Below, piece by piece: positions 1 to 9,168 of a DNA stretch of 64,000 bases (positions are counted from its first letter, which is position 1; each line of letters opens with the position of its first letter). The position numbers were made by a program, and so were the translations under genes. The stretch comes from Candidatus Phoenicimicrobium oleiphilum. Its GTDB lineage: Bacteria; Atribacterota; Phoenicimicrobiia; Phoenicimicrobiales; Phoenicimicrobiaceae. The stretch is from positions 16,289-80,288 of the forward strand of contig JBDIWJ010000003.1 of NCBI GenBank assembly GCA_039638295.1, in the 5' to 3' direction. The notes beneath the pieces were generated by a model. The model was not told the DNA's origin, made no database searches, and saw only the letters and a program-made list of their open reading frames with translations.

Positions 1-822
1 AAAATAGTCGAGAAAGACAAAATAAAAAAAATAGCATTTGAAAGTAAAAATATTAATTATGCTGATTTTAAAAAATACTCTGACCGATTCCAAAATGTAG
101 AATTTATACCCACCGAAAATTTTATTGAAAAGATAAGAATGGTTAAAGATAGAGAAGAAATAATTAAAATAAAAAAAGCTGCTCAGATAACTACGGAAAG
201 TCTAAAGGAAGTATTTGAGATGATAGAACCAGGGGTAAGAGAACTTGATATTGCCACGGAGTTAGCTTATACTATGAGGAAAAAGGGTGCTCGAAAAGAA
301 GCTTTTGAATCAATTGTAGTATCAGGAGAAAGGTCATCTTTGCCCCATGGAAAACCTTCGGAAAAGAAGATTAGTGAAGGAGAGTTAATAACTATTGATG
401 TAGGCGCTAATTATCAAAATTATAATTCTGATATTACCCGAACGATAATTTTGGGGAAGGAAAATGAGAAACAGAAAGAAATGTTTTCTATTGTCTTAGA
501 AGCTCAAGAAGAAGCCCTTAAATCTTTAAAACCAGGATTAAAATGTAATGAAGTTGATTCTATTGCTCGGAATCTAATTGAAAAAAAGGGGTATGGAAAA
601 TATTTTGGGCATGGTTTAGGCCATGGAGTAGGGCTAGATATTCACGAATTGCCTCGAGTTTCTTTTAATGATGAAACAGTTCTCCTACCCGGAATGATAA
701 TAACTATTGAGCCCGGAATATATTTACCTAAAATCGGAGGGGTCAGGATTGAAGATTCAGTTTTGATAACTGAGGAAGGTTATGAAATAATAACCTGGTT
801 CCCTAAAATTTTAAATCTTTGA
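1..822 (+). CDS. Xaa-Pro aminopeptidase / M24B peptidase, C-terminal part (5'-partial, continues upstream of window)
   Basis: The reading frame is open from base 1 with no stop until 822. It has the M24 pita-bread fold motifs (HGLGHGVGLDIHE, GMIITIEPGIY). The N-terminal region upstream of the ORF-track ATG (NFIEKIRMVKDREEI) resembles the PepP linker. Confidence 0.8.
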   Translation, partial: KIVEKDKIKKIAFESKNINYADFKKYSDRFQNVEFIPTENFIEKIRMVKDREEIIKIKKAAQITTESLKEVFEMIEPGVRELDIATELAYTMRKKGARKEAFESIVVSGERSSLPHGKPSEKKISEGELITIDVGANYQNYNSDITRTIILGKENEKQKEMFSIVLEAQEEALKSLKPGLKCNEVDSIARNLIEKKGYGKYFGHGLGHGVGLDIHELPRVSFNDETVLLPGMIITIEPGIYLPKIGGVRIEDSVLITEEGYEIITWFPKILNL

Positions 823-1206
823 AAATAAGATTAAGTATTGCATTTTAAGATAATTATAGTGTAATGTTGAAAGTTATATTAACTGGAGATTGGGCATGAA
901 GAATGGAAATTTATTAGCAAATAATGTCGAAAATTATAACACCAACGTAGGACAGGCGTCTCGCCTGTCCTACGGACGTTGAAGGAGGTACAGTAGACAG
1001 GCGAGACGCCTGTCCTACTAGTATTTGCCATTCCCATGGAAACAGGAATCTAGAATAATGTCAAAAAAATAGATTCCTGCTTACGCAGAAATGACAAAGA
1101 ATAGTAGGAGCGTATTGTTATACGACTTATAAAAAATAAATAGAATAAAATAATAATAAAAGCAGAAAAATTTTGATAAGTTAATTATTTCAAAAGGAGA
1201 GAAGAT

Positions 1207-2445
1207 ATGAATAATTTAAAAAATGTTGATCCTGAAATATTTAAAGCGATAAAAGGTGAAGAAAATCGTCAAAAATATACTATAGAATTGATTGCTTCAG
1301 AGAATTTTGTTTCTTCAGCTGTATTAGAAGCGCAAGGGTCTGTTTTAACTAATAAATATGCAGAAGGATATCCTGGTAAAAAATATTATGGAGGGTGCCA
1401 TTATATTGATATTGTAGAAAATATTGCCATTGAAAGAGCTAAAGAAATATTTAAAGCTGACCATGCAAATGTTCAACCACATTCTGGCTCGCAGGCTAAT
1501 ATGGCGGTTTATTTTAGTGTTTTGGAGGTAGGGGATACTATTTTGGCAATGAATCTATCTCATGGTGGCCATCTCACCCACGGAAGTCCGGTAAATTTTT
1601 CTGGTAGATTTTTTAATATTATTCCTTATGGAGTAGATAAAGAAACGGGAAGAATTGATTATGATTGTTTAAGAGATCTTGCTATAAAAAATAAACCTAA
1701 AATGATTGTTGCTGGTGCAAGTGCTTATCCCAGAGAAATAGATTTTTCGACTTTCAGATCTATAGCTGATGAAGTAGGGGCATACTTGATGGCTGATATT
1801 GCCCATATTGCGGGTTTAGTTATTGCCGGTCTACATCAAAGTCCTGTTCCTTATTGCCATTTTGTAACCACTACTACACATAAAACTTTGAGGGGGCCAC
1901 GCGGCGGTTTAATTTTGTGCACAGAAGAGTATGCTCGTTCGATAGATAAAACCATATTCCCCGGGATTCAAGGAGGACCTTTGATGCATGTAATTGCTGC
2001 TAAAGCCGTTTGTTTTAAACAAGCAATGACTAAAGAATTTAAAGAATATCAAAAACAAATTATAAAAAATACCAGGGCATTGGCAAATAAATTAATGGAA
2101 TTAGGTTATAATTTGGTATCTGGAGGAACTGATAATCACTTAATTTTAGTAGATTTAAGAAATAAGGGAATCACCGGGAAACAAGCTGAAAATGCCTTAG
2201 AAGAAGCCGGAATTACTGTTAATAAAAATACAATTCCCTTTGATCCACAAAAACCTATGATTACCAGCGGAATAAGAATTGGGACTCCAGCAGTTACTAC
2301 TCGAGGGATGAAGGAGAAGGAGATGGAAGAAATAGCAGAGATGATTAATATAGTTTTGAGTAATATAGAAAGCAAAAAAATTAAAGAAGAAATAAGAAAA
2401 AAAGTTGAGAATCTTTGTGGGAAATTTGTACAGAATGAATGTTAA
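1207..2445 (+). CDS. glyA: serine hydroxymethyltransferase
   Basis: 412 aa with conserved SHMT motifs ([21 protein letters not shown]). A GGAGAG RBS sits 8 nt upstream of the ATG. Confidence 0.95.
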   Translation: MNNLKNVDPEIFKAIKGEENRQKYTIELIASENFVSSAVLEAQGSVLTNKYAEGYPGKKYYGGCHYIDIVENIAIERAKEIFKADHANVQPHSGSQANMAVYFSVLEVGDTILAMNLSHGGHLTHGSPVNFSGRFFNIIPYGVDKETGRIDYDCLRDLAIKNKPKMIVAGASAYPREIDFSTFRSIADEVGAYLMADIAHIAGLVIAGLHQSPVPYCHFVTTTTHKTLRGPRGGLILCTEEYARSIDKTIFPGIQGGPLMHVIAAKAVCFKQAMTKEFKEYQKQIIKNTRALANKLMELGYNLVSGGTDNHLILVDLRNKGITGKQAENALEEAGITVNKNTIPFDPQKPMITSGIRIGTPAVTTRGMKEKEMEEIAEMINIVLSNIESKKIKEEIRKKVENLCGKFVQNEC

Positions 2446-2579
2446 TGAGTAATGAGGTGTAGGGGCACGATGCATCGTGCCCACAGGTAAAGAAAGATAA
2501 TAAAACAGGAAGGGCACAATTCATTGTGCCCTACAATATAATTCGGAAATAAAGAATTAAGCAAAAGGGAGGTTTTATT

Positions 2580-3137
2580 TTGATTTCTACTAGTGACTTC
2601 AAGAAAGGATTGACTATTGAATTTAAGGGAGAGATATATAGTATTGTTGATTTTCTCCACGTAAAACCGGGTAAGGGTGGTGCATTTGTCCGCACTAAGC
2701 TAAAAAATATTAAAACTGGTTTAGTAGTGGATAAAACTTTTAGGGCAGGAGAAAAAATGGAGCAAGCTATAATCGATCGAAAAACTATGCAGTATTTATA
2801 TAATGATGGTGAAAATTATTATTTTATGAATAAAGAGACTTATGAACAGATATCATTACCCAAAGAGCAAATAAGTGAAATAGGGGAGTTTCTCAAAGAA
2901 GGAGAAGATGTAGAAATTATATTTTGTAAGGGTGTTGTGATAAGTGTGGAATTACCCAATTTTATGAATTTGAAAGTAATTAAGACTATGCCGGGAGTAA
3001 AGGGCAATACTGTGTCAGGAGCGCTTAAACCAGCTACATTAGAAACTGGGGCAATAATTCAAGTTCCTTTATTTATAAAAGATGGTGATATAATTAAAGT
3101 AGATACCAGGGAGAAGAGGTATATAGAAAGAGTATGA
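2580..3137 (+). CDS. efp: elongation factor P
   Basis: 185 aa starting MISTSDFKKGLTIEFKGEIY...KPGKGGAFVRTKLKN. It uses a TTG start with an AAGGGAGG RBS 8 nt upstream. Confidence 0.93.
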   Translation: MISTSDFKKGLTIEFKGEIYSIVDFLHVKPGKGGAFVRTKLKNIKTGLVVDKTFRAGEKMEQAIIDRKTMQYLYNDGENYYFMNKETYEQISLPKEQISEIGEFLKEGEDVEIIFCKGVVISVELPNFMNLKVIKTMPGVKGNTVSGALKPATLETGAIIQVPLFIKDGDIIKVDTREKRYIERV

Positions 3138-3330
3138 ATTCGCATCTCGTGAATCGTATCTCTTATTTAGTTATCTGGTTAGTTGGTTACCTAGTTAGCT
3201 GGTTGAGGAATGATTATATTAAAGAATTAATATTAAACTAATTAACCAACAAACCAGTTAACTAGCTAACTAAACACTAGCGAGATACGAAATACGAACG
3301 ACTATTTATGAGAGCGGGGTGGAGCAATCA

Positions 3331-3750
3331 ATGCAAACCATTAAAACTGAACTTGGAGAAATAAATATTTCTAAAGAAACTATTGGATATATCGTTCGTT
3401 TAATTTTAGTTGATATTAAAGGTGTGGCAGGCAGTAAAAAAACGGTTATGAATGAAATAACCGATATGTTAATGGGAAACACTGATATAATTAGTGATAC
3501 TTCAAGTAATATAAAAATAGAAATAAAGGATAACAAAATTTTCATTGATTTATTTATTATAATAAAATATGGAGTAAGGATACCAGACATAGCCTGGGAT
3601 ATACAAAACAGGATCAAAGAAGAATTAATAAGAAAAATTGGTACAGATACTAGCGAGATAAATATACATATTCAAGGGATACAGTTTCCTAAAAAAGCAC
3701 AGAGTAAAAAAGAATTAGTTGCATCTGATCTATTCATACAGGTTTTCTAA
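3331..3750 (+). CDS. Asp23/Gls24 family alkaline-shock protein (YqhY-like)
   Basis: Asp23-like sequence (IGYIVRLILVDIKGVAGS). The ATG at 3331 has GGAG 6 nt upstream; the ORF track instead offers an alternative GTG at 3319. The position upstream of nusB matches Firmicutes synteny. Confidence 0.8.
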   Translation: MQTIKTELGEINISKETIGYIVRLILVDIKGVAGSKKTVMNEITDMLMGNTDIISDTSSNIKIEIKDNKIFIDLFIIIKYGVRIPDIAWDIQNRIKEELIRKIGTDTSEINIHIQGIQFPKKAQSKKELVASDLFIQVF

Positions 3751-3799
3751 AAAAACAGATTGACTCATCCTCCCTGAAGGGAGAGGGTTGGGAGGAACA

Positions 3800-4219
3800 A
3801 TGGGAGTAAGAAGATTATCTCGTGAATTGGCATTACAGGTATTATTTCAAATCGATTTAGTCAATGCCAATATGGAAGAAAGTTTAAGATATATATTTGA
3901 AAATGGTACATATTCTGAAGATATAAAAGAGTTTACTTTAAATATAGTCAGAGGAGTAATGGGTAATTTAATAGAAATAGATAAAGCAATCAAAAAATAC
4001 ACTGATAATTGGTCTCTGGAAAGAATTAATAATATAGATCGGAATATTTTACGTATAGCAATTTACGAGATATTATTTAGAGATGATATTCCCAAGAGTG
4101 TTTCTATCAATGAAGCAGTTGAGTTAGCCAAAAAATATGGTACAGAAAGTTCATTTAGTTTTGTAAATGGTGTTTTAGGTAAAATAGATAAGAAAACAAT
4201 AAAGAGCAAAGAAGAATAA
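3800..4219 (+). CDS. nusB: transcription antitermination factor NusB
   Basis: LSRELALQVLFQIDL... is a NusB hallmark. The ATG at 3800 is preceded by GGGAGGAA. The ORF-track TTG at 3788 would overlap the RBS. Confidence 0.9.
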   Translation: MGVRRLSRELALQVLFQIDLVNANMEESLRYIFENGTYSEDIKEFTLNIVRGVMGNLIEIDKAIKKYTDNWSLERINNIDRNILRIAIYEILFRDDIPKSVSINEAVELAKKYGTESSFSFVNGVLGKIDKKTIKSKEE

Positions 4220-4224
4220 ATATT

Positions 4225-5454
4225 ATGGATAATCAAAATGAAGTAAAAATATATACAGTTTCAAAAATAAATAGATATATAAAAGCCCTCTTTGAAGGTG
4301 ATTACAATCTACAGAATGTATGGATATTGGGAGAGATTTCTAATTTTAAATTACATTCTTCTGGACATATGTATTTTGTGCTTAAAGATCAGGAAAGTCA
4401 AATTAAATGTGTTATGTTTAGAGGAAATAATTTTAATTTAAGATTTATGCCTCAGGATGGTATGAAAGTAAAAGTAATGGGAGATATTCGTGTTTACGAG
4501 AGGAGAGGGGAATATCAATTATATGCGAAAATAATTGTTGAATCAGGGAAAGGCGAACTTTACTTAGCTTTTGAAAGATTAAAAGAAAAGCTTAAGGCAG
4601 AAGGTCTTTTTGCTGAGGAATATAAGAAGAAATTACCCCTCATTCCTCAAAACATTGCGGTAATAACTTCCCCTACCGGAGCGGCAATTAGAGATATTAT
4701 TACTATATCGTTAAGAAGATTCCCCAATCTTTCTATATTGGTTGTACCTTCTTTAGTTCAAGGAACATTTGCTGCCCAGGAAATTGCCCAAAAAATAGAT
4801 TTTTTAAATAAACATTTTAGTGATTTAGATTTTATTATAATTGGCCGAGGTGGTGGTTCTTTAGAAGAATTATGGGCATTTAATGAAGAAATATTAGCTC
4901 GTAGTATATATAATTCTAAGATACCAATTGTTTCCGCAGTTGGTCACGAGACAGATTTTACCATTTCAGATTTTGTTGCTGATTTACGCTCTCCAACCCC
5001 TTCCGCGGCAGCTGAAATGACTATTCCTGATAAGAATAATTTAATAAATAATATAAATTTATTAAATAGCAAATTAACTAGAGCGATGAAAAGAAATATT
5101 GAATTAAAAATAGAGAACTTAAATTCTTTGAGCAAGAGTATTCAATATTATAGTCCAGAGAATAGGGTTAACCAATATTATCAATATATTGATGAATTTA
5201 TTGGTCGAATAAATTCAAGGATAAATCATAAGTTTCAATTATGGGAAGAAAGAATTAAAAAAGACTCGCAAAGATTAGATTCTTTAAATCCCTGGGCAGT
5301 TATTGAACGAGGATATAGTATATGTAGGAAACTACCCCATTTGGAAATTATTAAAAAATTAGAGCAAGTTGAAATCGGTAACAAAATCGAAGTTATCATA
5401 AGTGATGGAAAAATATCTGGGGAAGTAAACAAAAAGGAGGCTTTGAAGAATTGA
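4225..5454 (+). CDS. xseA: exodeoxyribonuclease VII large subunit
   Basis: 409 aa with an OB-fold N-terminus and a catalytic domain. Its stop overlaps the xseB start. Confidence 0.92.
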   Translation: MDNQNEVKIYTVSKINRYIKALFEGDYNLQNVWILGEISNFKLHSSGHMYFVLKDQESQIKCVMFRGNNFNLRFMPQDGMKVKVMGDIRVYERRGEYQLYAKIIVESGKGELYLAFERLKEKLKAEGLFAEEYKKKLPLIPQNIAVITSPTGAAIRDIITISLRRFPNLSILVVPSLVQGTFAAQEIAQKIDFLNKHFSDLDFIIIGRGGGSLEELWAFNEEILARSIYNSKIPIVSAVGHETDFTISDFVADLRSPTPSAAAEMTIPDKNNLINNINLLNSKLTRAMKRNIELKIENLNSLSKSIQYYSPENRVNQYYQYIDEFIGRINSRINHKFQLWEERIKKDSQRLDSLNPWAVIERGYSICRKLPHLEIIKKLEQVEIGNKIEVIISDGKISGEVNKKEALKN

Positions 5455-5720
5455 AAACTAAGAAAAAAATAGAAGAAATTTCCTTTGAAGACTATTTAAA
5501 AAAATTAGAGAGAATTGTTCAACAATTAGAAGAAGGAGAATTGACTTTAGATGAATCTGTAAAACTATATGAAGAAGGAATGAGTATTTCGAAATTATGC
5601 TTGGAAAAATTAAATAAGGCAAAACAAAAAATAGAAAAATTGGTGATAGAAGATGGCAATAAATTTTCCATCAAACCATTTTCAATCAATAAAGGAGAAA
5701 ACAATATTAATGAATTTTGA
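5451..5720 (+). CDS. xseB: exodeoxyribonuclease VII small subunit
   Basis: 89 aa coiled-coil protein (SFEDYLKKLERIVQQLEEGELTLDESVKLYEEG). Confidence 0.9.
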   Translation: MKTKKKIEEISFEDYLKKLERIVQQLEEGELTLDESVKLYEEGMSISKLCLEKLNKAKQKIEKLVIEDGNKFSIKPFSINKGENNINEF

Positions 5721-6570
5721 TAAGTATTTAAGTGATAAAAAAAGTATTATTGATAAGGCATTAGATGACTTTTTACCATCAGAAGAGTCCCCACCCTCAA
5801 TTATTCATAAAGCTATGCGATATAGTGTTTTTAATGGGGGTAAAAGACTTAGACCAATTTTGACCCTCGCTACCGCTGAATTATTGGGTAAAGAGATAGA
5901 AATAGTATTAAATTTGGCTTGTGGAATTGAACTAATTCATACTTTTTCTTTAATTCATGATGATTTACCTTGTATAGATAATGATGATTTCAGACGAGGG
6001 AAACCCAGCAACCATAAAGTATTTGGAGAGGCTGTTGCCCTATTAGCCGGGGATGCCCTTTTAGTTTCTGGATTTGAATTTATAGTAAAAAATGCTGAAA
6101 TTAAGAATATAAGGAAACAATCTATTTTAAAAGTACTTAAAGAAATATCTTATTATATTGGAACTAAAAATATGTTAGGCGGACAAGTAGAAGATATAAG
6201 TATGGAAAATGAAAATATCAATAGAGATTATCTATACAAAATGTATTCGAAAAAAACTGCGGCTCTAATCTGTGCTTCAATTAGAGGAGGGGCAATTTTA
6301 TCTGGAGCTAATCAAAGACAACTAAAAGCTTTAACCAGATATGGAGAAAATATTGGTTTAGCCTTTCAAGTTACGGATGATATAATTGATATGATGCAAG
6401 ACCAAAGGGAAATGAAAAAACCAACTTATCCTCAAAAATATGGGATTAAAGAAGCAAAGATAGAAGTTGAAAGATTGATTAAAGAAGCAAAAAAATCTTT
6501 AAAAATATTCAATGAAAAAGCAGAAATATTAAATGCTTTAGCTGATTATATACTAGCAAGAGAAAAATAG
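5710..6570 (+). CDS. ispA: (2E,6E)-farnesyl diphosphate synthase
   Basis: Polyprenyl synthase with an FSLIHDDLP (DDxxD) first motif and a VTDDIID second motif. The start is most likely ATG 5710 (MNFDKYL). The ORF-track start at 5653 overlaps xseB. Confidence 0.88.
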   Translation: MNFDKYLSDKKSIIDKALDDFLPSEESPPSIIHKAMRYSVFNGGKRLRPILTLATAELLGKEIEIVLNLACGIELIHTFSLIHDDLPCIDNDDFRRGKPSNHKVFGEAVALLAGDALLVSGFEFIVKNAEIKNIRKQSILKVLKEISYYIGTKNMLGGQVEDISMENENINRDYLYKMYSKKTAALICASIRGGAILSGANQRQLKALTRYGENIGLAFQVTDDIIDMMQDQREMKKPTYPQKYGIKEAKIEVERLIKEAKKSLKIFNEKAEILNALADYILAREK

Positions 6571-6630
6571 TGGTTAGTGAATATTCAATAACTAATGACT
6601 ATTCACTATCGACTAAATTAAGGAGGAAAG

Positions 6631-7359
6631 ATGCTTAGATCAAATAATAGAAAGTATGATGAAATACGGTCAATTAACATTATAAGGAATTATATAAAAT
6701 ACGCAGAAGGTTCTACTTTGATGGAAATGGGAGATACTAAAATAATTTGTACTGCATCAGTAGAGGATAAAGTACCATTATTTTTAAAAGGTACAAAACA
6801 AGGGTGGATATCTGCAGAATATTCAATGATTCCTCGAGCTAATCAAATTAGAAATATAAGAGATTCAGTTAAAGGTAAAATAAATGGGCGTTCTTCTGAA
6901 ATTCAAAGATTAATAGGACGGGCTTTAAGAGCGGTAGTTAATTTAGATGCACTTGGTGAAAGAACAATATGGATAGATTGTGATGTACTACAGGCAGATG
7001 GTGGAACCAGAACTGCAGCTATTACTGGGTCATTTATTGCCCTTTGCGATGCACTAAATTATTTAAAAGCAGAGGGACAATTAAAAAATATTCCTATAAA
7101 AGAATATATAGGGGCTATTAGTGTGGGAATAGTAGACGGAGAAATGATTTTAGATTTAAACTTTGAAGAGGATTCTCACGCTCAGGTGGACTTAAATATA
7201 GCTATGACTGAAAAAGGTGAAATAGTAGAAATTCAGGGAACTGCAGAAGGAAGACCTTTTTCTAAGAGAAATTTACAAGAATTGATTAAATTGGCTGAAA
7301 TTGGAATAGAAAAAATAATTGAAAAAGAAAAAGAGATATTAGGGAATATTATATGTTAG
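6631..7359 (+). CDS. rph: ribonuclease PH
   Basis: 242 aa starting [17 protein letters not shown]...[10 protein letters not shown], typical of RNase PH. Confidence 0.93.
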   Translation: MLRSNNRKYDEIRSINIIRNYIKYAEGSTLMEMGDTKIICTASVEDKVPLFLKGTKQGWISAEYSMIPRANQIRNIRDSVKGKINGRSSEIQRLIGRALRAVVNLDALGERTIWIDCDVLQADGGTRTAAITGSFIALCDALNYLKAEGQLKNIPIKEYIGAISVGIVDGEMILDLNFEEDSHAQVDLNIAMTEKGEIVEIQGTAEGRPFSKRNLQELIKLAEIGIEKIIEKEKEILGNIIC

Positions 7360-7952
7360 AAATATTAGTCGCATCTAAAAATTTAGATAAAGTTAAAGAA
7401 ATCAAAGAGATGTTAAAAAATACTAATTTAAAAATATTAACTATAAAAGATTTTCCTGAGCTTCCACAAATTGAGGAAGATGGAAAAACATTTATGGAAA
7501 ATGCCTTAAAAAAGGCTTGTAAAATTTCGCAGTATACCGGTAAAATTTGTTTAGCTGATGACTCAGGCTTAGAAATAGATTATTTAAAGGGAAAACCAGG
7601 TATTTACTCCTCAAGATGGGGGAATTGTGATGCAGAACGTATCAGTAAAGTTTTAGAATTACTAAAAGATGTGCCAGAAAATAAAAGAGGTGCTAAATTT
7701 ATATGTGTCTTAGTACTTGCCTTTCCAGATGGGAGAAGATATATAGTAAATGGAGAGTGCAAGGGAAGAATTTCTGTTAATCCCAGAGGAGAATATGGTT
7801 TTGGTTATGACCCTATTTTTTTAGTTCCCGAATATAATAAAACATTTGCTGAATTAGGTGAAGAAATAAAAAATCGCATAAGTCATAGAGGAAAAGCTTT
7901 TAAAAAAATGATTAAAATAATAAATAAATTAGTCGTTAGTAATAGTCGATAG
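7353..7952 (+). CDS. rdgB: dITP/XTP pyrophosphatase (Ham1/RdgB family)
   Basis: 199 aa starting [10 protein letters not shown]... with FGYDPIF. It overlaps the rph stop. Confidence 0.9.
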   Translation: MLEILVASKNLDKVKEIKEMLKNTNLKILTIKDFPELPQIEEDGKTFMENALKKACKISQYTGKICLADDSGLEIDYLKGKPGIYSSRWGNCDAERISKVLELLKDVPENKRGAKFICVLVLAFPDGRRYIVNGECKGRISVNPRGEYGFGYDPIFLVPEYNKTFAELGEEIKNRISHRGKAFKKMIKIINKLVVSNSR

Positions 7953-8277
7953 TCGATAGTATGACCGGTGCCTTAATTGGTTTAATATACCTTTATAATA
8001 TAATGATATTATACCAGACAATTTTTTCCTGCTTAAAAATGAAAAAATATGAAATATTTGTTAAAAAATTTTATTCGAATATCGTTTTTTGTATATCTCA
8101 TATAGTAAAAATAGTAATACCGTTAGCCAGTTTGCCAGTTACCCGGTCAAAGAATTAAAATCAACTTTCTTAACTGGATAACCGGTAAACAGGGTAACTG
8201 GGTAACTAATACGCGATACGATTTACTAACGACTATTCACTATCGACTAGTTAAGAGTTTTGAATTATGGTTTTTCG
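7927..8277 (+). repeat. ~350-bp dispersed repeat, copy A, with heptamer-tiled terminal inverted repeats (MITE-like)
   Basis: About 95% identical to the reverse complement of 52254-52608. Its ends are tagtcgttagtaatagtcgatagtcgatagt and actaacgactattcactatcgactagtt. An internal ccagttaccc...gggtaactgg hairpin is present. Confidence 0.85.
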
Positions 8278-8392
8278 CTTATTCGTTTTTACGGGCACAA
8301 GTTTCGCTTTAAGTTTTTAGCTGTATATCGATAACAGAAAGTCGACAATAAAAAATTTGGTTACTCTTAACAAAAAATTGTAAAGGAAGCGA

Positions 8393-8421
8393 TTGACTTA
8401 TATTTATATTTCCTATATAAT
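8393..8421 (+). promoter_or_regulatory. consensus sigma-70 promoter of the tRNA operon
   Basis: TTGACT (8393-8398), a 17-nt spacer, then TATAAT (8416-8421). This lies 12 nt upstream of tRNA-Pro. Confidence 0.75.
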
Positions 8422-8432
8422 AACGTTTGTCT

Positions 8433-8510
<78 letters not shown>

Positions 8511-8586
8511 GCGGGAATAGCTCAGTTGGTAGAGCACCAGCCTTCCAAGCTGGGTGTCGCGGGTTCGAGCCCCGTTTCCCGCTCCA
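8511..8586 (+). tRNA. tRNA-Gly (anticodon TCC)
   Basis: gcgggaatagctcagttggtagagc... with anticodon loop cTTCCaa. CCA is encoded. Confidence 0.85.
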
Positions 8587-8599
8587 GATGTAAACTCTC

Positions 8600-8676
<77 letters not shown>

Positions 8677-8695
8677 ATCTAAAAATATATAATAT

Positions 8696-8774
8696 GGTGG
8701 GCGTAGCTCAGACTGGTTAGAGCCCTGGATTGTGGCTCCAGAGGTCGGGGGTTCAAATCCCCTCGCTCACCCCA
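8696..8774 (+). tRNA. tRNA-His (anticodon GTG) with G-1
   Basis: Extra 5' G, acceptor gtgggcg/cgctcac, anticodon loop tTGTGgc and discriminator C. CCA is encoded. Confidence 0.82.
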
Positions 8775-8793
8775 TATTGGTATTAAATGTTTT

Positions 8794-8870
8794 GCGCTCG
8801 TAGCCCAATTGGATAGAGCTGCGGACTTCGGATCCGATGGTTGGGGGTTCGAGTCCCTCCGAGCGCGCCA
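8794..8870 (+). tRNA. tRNA-Arg (anticodon TCG), divergent paralogue of the TCT tRNA
   Basis: Closely related to the Arg-TCT tRNA. The anticodon loop is cTTCGga. It has one mismatch in the D-stem and one at position 27-43. CCA is encoded. Confidence 0.65.
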
Positions 8871-8880
8871 AATGTTTTGT

Positions 8881-8956
8881 GGGCCGTTAGCTCAGGTGGC
8901 AGAGCACCTGACTTTTAATCAGGGTGTCACAGGTTCGAATCCTGTACGGCCCACCA
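8881..8956 (+). tRNA. tRNA-Lys (anticodon TTT)
   Basis: gggccgttagctcaggtggcagagc... with anticodon loop cTTTTaa. CCA is encoded. Confidence 0.85.
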
Positions 8957-8969
8957 CTAAAATACAAAG

Positions 8970-9054
8970 GCGAGGGTGGTGGAATTGGTAGACACGCTGG
9001 ATTTAGGATCCAGTGGGTAAAACCATGCGGGTTCGAGTCCCGCCCTTCGCACCA
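8970..9054 (+). tRNA. tRNA-Leu (anticodon TAG), class II with long variable arm
   Basis: gcgagggtggtggaattggtagacacg... with anticodon loop tTTAGga and variable arm tgggtaaaaccatgc. CCA is encoded. Confidence 0.82.
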
Positions 9055-9097
9055 GATTATGATAAAAAATAATTAAGAATATAAATAATTTTAATTA

Positions 9098-9135
9098 ATA
9101 CAGCCGTAAAAATATTTGCGGCTGTATTTCAATTA
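9098..9135 (+). terminator. intrinsic terminator of the tRNA operon
   Basis: Hairpin atacagccg-N12-cggctgtat followed by tttcaatt. Confidence 0.6.
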
Positions 9136-9168
9136 CTATGTAGCTATTATTTCACGGAGGTTTGTCTA

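Noticed and set aside
823-1206. Possible riboswitch (ZTP, THF or T-box) in the long glyA leader
   Set aside because: There is no GGTGGTACC T-box motif and no recognisable ZTP or THF consensus. The GC palindromes belong to a repeat family seen elsewhere, so the leader is more likely repeat-derived. It is kept as a finding for an Rfam check.
3138-3302. CRISPR array hypothesis for the short tandem repeats in spacers
   Set aside because: The units are 7 nt with no unique spacers between them, the arrays are inverted pairs, and there are no cas genes nearby. This is not CRISPR.
7961-8158. 65-aa hydrophobic ORF inside repeat copy A
   Set aside because: The equivalent region in copy B (52380-52560, - strand) is disrupted by substitutions and is not an ORF. 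There is no RBS, and the sequence is low-complexity and AT-rich, so the element is most likely non-coding.
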